Shown: piece after piece, positions 53,342 to 56,914 of the stretch
Layout: the number at the start of each line of letters is the position of its first letter
Numbering within the stretch: the first letter of the stretch is position 1
Assembly: GCA_035536135.1 (NCBI GenBank)
Contig: DATLOR010000012.1
Span: 1-56,914, forward strand
DNA length: 56,914 nt
DNA from: Pyrinomonadaceae bacterium
GTDB lineage: Bacteria > Acidobacteriota > Blastocatellia > Pyrinomonadales > Pyrinomonadaceae
Direction: 5' to 3'
Notes under the pieces: generated by a model
Databases searched by the model: none
What the model saw: the letters and a program-made list of their open reading frames with translations, nothing else
Told to the model about the DNA's origin: nothing
Translations under genes and position numbers: made by a program

Positions 53342-53611
53342 ATGAATTTTCAAAAGATTGACGCGTCATTATCGGCAGCCTTGCACGGGAAACATTTTAC
53401 GGATGAGCCTGATTTTATCGTTTTTATCCAAACGACGAAACCACTCGATGATGAACAAAGAGAAGAATTAGAAAAACTCGGCGTGATGGATATTCCCGTC
53501 AAAAGCGATATTTTTTCGGCGCAAATTTCAGCAAGGGCGGTTGCGGAAATTTCGGAAAAACCCTGGGTAAGATTTATTTCACTCTCGGAGCATCTTAGAC
53601 TTTTAGATTGA
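53342..53611 (+). CDS. free-standing subtilase-propeptide-like (I9-like) small protein
   Basis: ORF track, 89 aa, starting 26 nt after the S8 stop. DFIVFIQTTKPLDDEQREELEKLGV...IFSAQISARAVAEISEKPWVRFISLSEHLRL follows the beta-alpha-beta-beta-alpha-beta pattern of subtilase prodomains. It parallels residues 160-220 of the neighbouring peptidase. The function call is by pattern only. Confidence 0.55.
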   Translation: MNFQKIDASLSAALHGKHFTDEPDFIVFIQTTKPLDDEQREELEKLGVMDIPVKSDIFSAQISARAVAEISEKPWVRFISLSEHLRLLD

Positions 53612-53773
53612 ACTTTAGCTCTGTTCCTAAAATTTATCCTACTTACAAACAGCTACTTACAAACAGTTTGTTTCACCCAAGAATTGTCTGCCCTGCCGCA
53701 ATTTAATTTCGCTAAAACTGCAGAGTCTCTTTCATTTCAAGTTTCAAGATAATTATTAATTGAGAGAATCAAA

Positions 53774-53808
53774 ACGCAGCGATCAGCCGTGCAGGCTGAT
53801 CGCTGCGT
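53774..53808 (-). terminator. rho-independent terminator after 53854..54639
   Basis: ACGCAGCGATCAGCC-gtgca-GGCTGATCGCTGCGT (15-bp stem). TTTTGATT follows on the minus strand. Confidence 0.8.
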
Positions 53809-53853
53809 AAAAGATCTTTTAAAGGGGAGTCAGATAAAAAATCAGCTATCCTC

Positions 53854-54639
53854 TTACGGCAAGCTGTCTGCGACACTTGCGACAAATATATTACAGGGCA
53901 GCCCCGGCTCGCCTTCCACAACATTATCTTGAAAGGAAAAACCTGTAAATACCGCTTCGACGGCGCCGGGCTTCTGTGTCGGGTCGCGGTCAACAACAAA
54001 CTTTTTGTCCGGCTCTGAAGCGTCTTCAACTATCTCGTACAACTTTTCGAAATCGCTTGGCTGGTCCTCTGCCAGCATATGTATTTCGCCGTCCGGTCCG
54101 ATTTGCTCTTCTAAGTTTCGGGGACATATGTTATCGAAAATGATTAATCCGTCCTGGTCAAAAGTTTTCGGAAAACCTGAAACTCCCTCTGCTTCTACAA
54201 TAACTTTCTCGCCGGTAATTTCAGCTTTTCCCGAGTAGCCGATGACCTTAGGCGGGATCGTAACATTTTCGTCGTCCATCAATTGAAATCTACATCTGGT
54301 AAATTCAAAAACTGAAAATTTTGCATTTTCAATCGACAACAAAACGGATTTATCTGCCAAGCTGCCCTTTGGTTTTATACCATTTTGATGAGAGTGCTTT
54401 GACGTAATGTCGAGAAACTCGCCGAAATTATCACCGATCTCAAAAGCGGAGGTCGGGTTTTCGGCTCTAATTCTTATCTGTCTCCCGGTTCCGGCTAAAG
54501 GAACACCCGCCTCATTTTCAGACAATTTGAATTTTACTAAATGACAATCATCGAAAGGAAAAAGTACTTTCCAAATATCTTGTCCCTGCTTAAAATAAGC
54601 CAATGCAATACCTCTTATAATAATCCTTACAGTTACCAT
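53854..54639 (-). CDS. hypothetical 261-aa protein, no signal peptide or TM, downstream of TPR-CHAT
   Basis: ORF track. AAGGAG RBS 8 nt upstream of the ATG. Predicted beta-rich composition. No motif recognised. Confidence 0.75.
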   Translation of the reverse strand: MVTVRIIIRGIALAYFKQGQDIWKVLFPFDDCHLVKFKLSENEAGVPLAGTGRQIRIRAENPTSAFEIGDNFGEFLDITSKHSHQNGIKPKGSLADKSVLLSIENAKFSVFEFTRCRFQLMDDENVTIPPKVIGYSGKAEITGEKVIVEAEGVSGFPKTFDQDGLIIFDNICPRNLEEQIGPDGEIHMLAEDQPSDFEKLYEIVEDASEPDKKFVVDRDPTQKPGAVEAVFTGFSFQDNVVEGEPGLPCNIFVASVADSLP

Positions 54640-54898
54640 ATAATTATCTCCTTCTCTTACTAAAATTAAAATTTAATTACCGACAGACAAAATCGAAATA
54701 ATTCGTTTCACTACAATTTATTGAACGGCGTTCTCATTTAGAAATAGCCTCCGAACCGTTCGAGAACCATTTAATATTCAGGGTTGCGCAATTCCTGCGG
54801 ACCTCGATTAAACCTTAAGCAACTAGATCTAAGCTCTCATCTATTACATGTTTTTTGAGGTGAAAATGTTACATGTCTGATCGTTACTTTTAATAAAA

Positions 54899-56914
54899 TT
54901 AATAGTCGGCATATCCTCCGAAAACGGCAAATGCCGCCCAGAAATATGCCGATTGAAATCTTTTGTCCGGCGTCCGGATCATATCCAGCTGGGCTTGTCG
55001 TAAAGCTTGCGTCGTGGAAAGACTTTTTCCCCGGCGATAATAATGAAATTTTTTCATCAACGCGGAGGTCGCTTCCGATTCGACTTCCCAGGCGCTGGCG
55101 ACGACGAGCGGGACGCCCGCCGCCAAAAATGTCCGGGCGAGCCCGATCAATCCTTCGCTGTTGTAATAGCCTTCAATCCCGGTCTGGCATGCCGAAAGCA
55201 CTACCAGCTTGGTTTGGGGAAGTCTTTCGCCGCGCAGCTCCCGGTTAGTTAGAACGGAGTCCTCGGCTTTTTCGCCGCTTTTTGCCATCACTAGTTTCGA
55301 CAAAAGCGGCGAATCCGCTTCGACAATGTAATGTCCGGCAAAGTGAATAACTTCAAAATTTTTATAGAGCGTCAAAAATGCGTTTTTGGTGGCGGCGCGT
55401 TCCGATAACACCTCGGACTTCGGGTAATTTCTTCTTATCTCCTGAGCTTCGGTTTCACGCAGAACGTCCAATTTCGGAAAACGCTCCCTGTCAAAAACGG
55501 GATTGTCGATACTTAATAGCTTTTCTTCTTTAATCTCGGCTTTTACGCTTGCGTTTTGAGTGTCGCTGATAAATACGCTGGCGCTCGGCGAATAAAAAAA
55601 AGTGAATTCTTCAAGGAAAAATTTTCCGTCCGGAGCGGTAAGAGATTGAAACGGCAGCCGGAATAATATCTTATTGGGAACGATACAAATCTGTTTGGAT
55701 TCGTCAAGAAAAAGCCGCGCGGGCGCGATGAGCAAATTATAAAATTCGCGGGATAAGGTCGTTACGGCATCTTCGTTTTGCGGGTCATTAGTCTCAATCA
55801 ATTTGAGATATTTTTCAGTTTTTGTCTTCAGTTCGTTCGCGTCGATTTCCGATGAAAAAGACACCGCTTTTTCTTTCGAGATCAGCCAGATCAAAACTTT
55901 CTTGTCCAGCACCCGGAACTGTAAGATTTGAACTTCCGGCGGCATCGCTTCCCGGATTTGGTTGATATCGAGAGGCGCCGCCGGATTTTTAAAGTCGTCT
56001 TCCGTTCCTTTGACGAGCCAGTCAAGGAGCGACCGCGAACTGGAAGCCTCAGTATAATTATAAGCCCGCTCAAAATTGTTCCCGCGCATTTCGTGTTCGA
56101 TGGCAAGGTCGTAAACGGACTGCTCGTTATCAAAAAATGTGTTTCGGTCATCCTCGGTGGTGATTTGTTTCCGGTAATTTTCGGCAAGTTCGATAACCGA
56201 AGGGATTTCGGGTTCCGTCTGATCCTCTTTGCCCGCCGCCTGAAAATTAAACAATCTCGATTTTTTAATTTCATAAAGCAGCGGTGATTTGCCGTTTTTT
56301 TTCGAAAGTTCCAACGCTTCATCATAGTAAACGGCAGCTTGATTATAATTATTTCTTCTTCCTTCCAAGTTTCCCAGGTTTAAGAAAATTTTGGTTAAAT
56401 TTGCGGTTCGATCGGTTTCTTCCGGAAGGCTTTCGGCGTCCTGACGGGCTTTGAGAAACCATTTCTCGGCGTCTTCAAAGTTTTGGGTTTGAGTATTGAA
56501 GATGCCGGCATTAATTTCGGCGCCGATGGCAAACGCCGGGTCGGTCTGGGCTTTTGCCAAAGCGACGCTTTCTCGCATAACGGCGCGCGATAACCCGATG
56601 TGTGAGCCGGTTGCCAGTATCTGGATGATTTTATCGAAGCCCCTGAATTTTTGACGGAGACTTAAATTGGGCAGGGTGGAAATTTCCAGTAATTCTTTCA
56701 GGTACGCGTAAGTCTTCTTTTCCTGTTTAACAGTATGGCTCTTCAAGAGAAGCGACAGTAAAAATTTCTGCATCATATAAAAATCCCCCATCTGACGGGC
56801 ATTTTTTAGCGCATTTTCGTACTGATTCTGGGTTTCGGTGATTGATTTATAGCCGAGATATTCCTGACTGCCGAGCCACCAGTAAAAATTCATGAGCGCG
56901 AACCACCGGTAACC
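54899..56914 (-). CDS. TPR-CHAT (caspase-like) protease, 5' end beyond window
   Basis: ORF track lists 54899..56893, but the frame stays open upstream to the window edge (GYRWFAL-MNFYWW). N-terminal TPRs are followed by CHAT catalytic dyad motifs VIHFAGHY (His) and LVVLSACQTG (Cys). Confidence 0.88.
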   Translation of the reverse strand, partial: GYRWFALMNFYWWLGSQEYLGYKSITETQNQYENALKNARQMGDFYMMQKFLLSLLLKSHTVKQEKKTYAYLKELLEISTLPNLSLRQKFRGFDKIIQILATGSHIGLSRAVMRESVALAKAQTDPAFAIGAEINAGIFNTQTQNFEDAEKWFLKARQDAESLPEETDRTANLTKIFLNLGNLEGRRNNYNQAAVYYDEALELSKKNGKSPLLYEIKKSRLFNFQAAGKEDQTEPEIPSVIELAENYRKQITTEDDRNTFFDNEQSVYDLAIEHEMRGNNFERAYNYTEASSSRSLLDWLVKGTEDDFKNPAAPLDINQIREAMPPEVQILQFRVLDKKVLIWLISKEKAVSFSSEIDANELKTKTEKYLKLIETNDPQNEDAVTTLSREFYNLLIAPARLFLDESKQICIVPNKILFRLPFQSLTAPDGKFFLEEFTFFYSPSASVFISDTQNASVKAEIKEEKLLSIDNPVFDRERFPKLDVLRETEAQEIRRNYPKSEVLSERAATKNAFLTLYKNFEVIHFAGHYIVEADSPLLSKLVMAKSGEKAEDSVLTNRELRGERLPQTKLVVLSACQTGIEGYYNSEGLIGLARTFLAAGVPLVVASAWEVESEATSALMKKFHYYRRGKSLSTTQALRQAQLDMIRTPDKRFQSAYFWAAFAVFGGYADY

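Noticed and set aside
54899-56914. TPR-CHAT as part of a type III-E CRISPR (Craspase) locus
   Set aside because: No gRAMP/Cas7-11, csx30/31-like genes, cas1 or CRISPR repeats are visible in the window. I kept the idea only as an analogy. Sequence beyond the window edge would be needed to test it.

Overview
This 56.9-kb chromosomal window is probably from an Acidobacteriota-like Gram-negative bacterium; that guess rests on gene families only. No rRNA, CRISPR array, transposase or integrase was seen.

Left end (1-15.2 kb): two tandem secreted lipase-like paralogues and a secreted Ser-rich protein. Next comes an ECF sigma factor paired with a giant 2399-aa Ser/Thr kinase. The pair is interrupted by a four-helix-bundle (23S-rRNA-IVS family) cassette flanked by inverted heptad repeats. 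A small papain-like peptidase follows the kinase.

Centre (15.2-48.1 kb): a run of about 33 kb, almost all on the minus strand, holds every step of reductive pyrimidine catabolism. These are preT, preA, dihydropyrimidinase, beta-ureidopropionase, a class-III aminotransferase, a CoA-acylating semialdehyde dehydrogenase and an NCS1 permease. The pathway genes are scattered among unrelated cassettes, mostly secreted hydrolases. Several cassette borders carry short colinear relics of the 5' or 3' ends of the dihydropyrimidinase and aminotransferase genes, and there is also a decayed S9-peptidase fragment. I read these relics as scars of repeated insertion.

Right end (48.8-56.9 kb): tRNA-Thr(CGU) is followed by a visibly AT-richer island. 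It encodes a polytopic membrane protein, an apparently intracellular S8 subtilase with a free-standing propeptide-like ORF, an unknown 261-aa ORF, and a TPR-CHAT caspase-like protease that runs off the window. This island is my best candidate for an undescribed protease-triggered conflict or cell-death system.

All functional calls come from motifs read by eye in the supplied translations; no searches were run.
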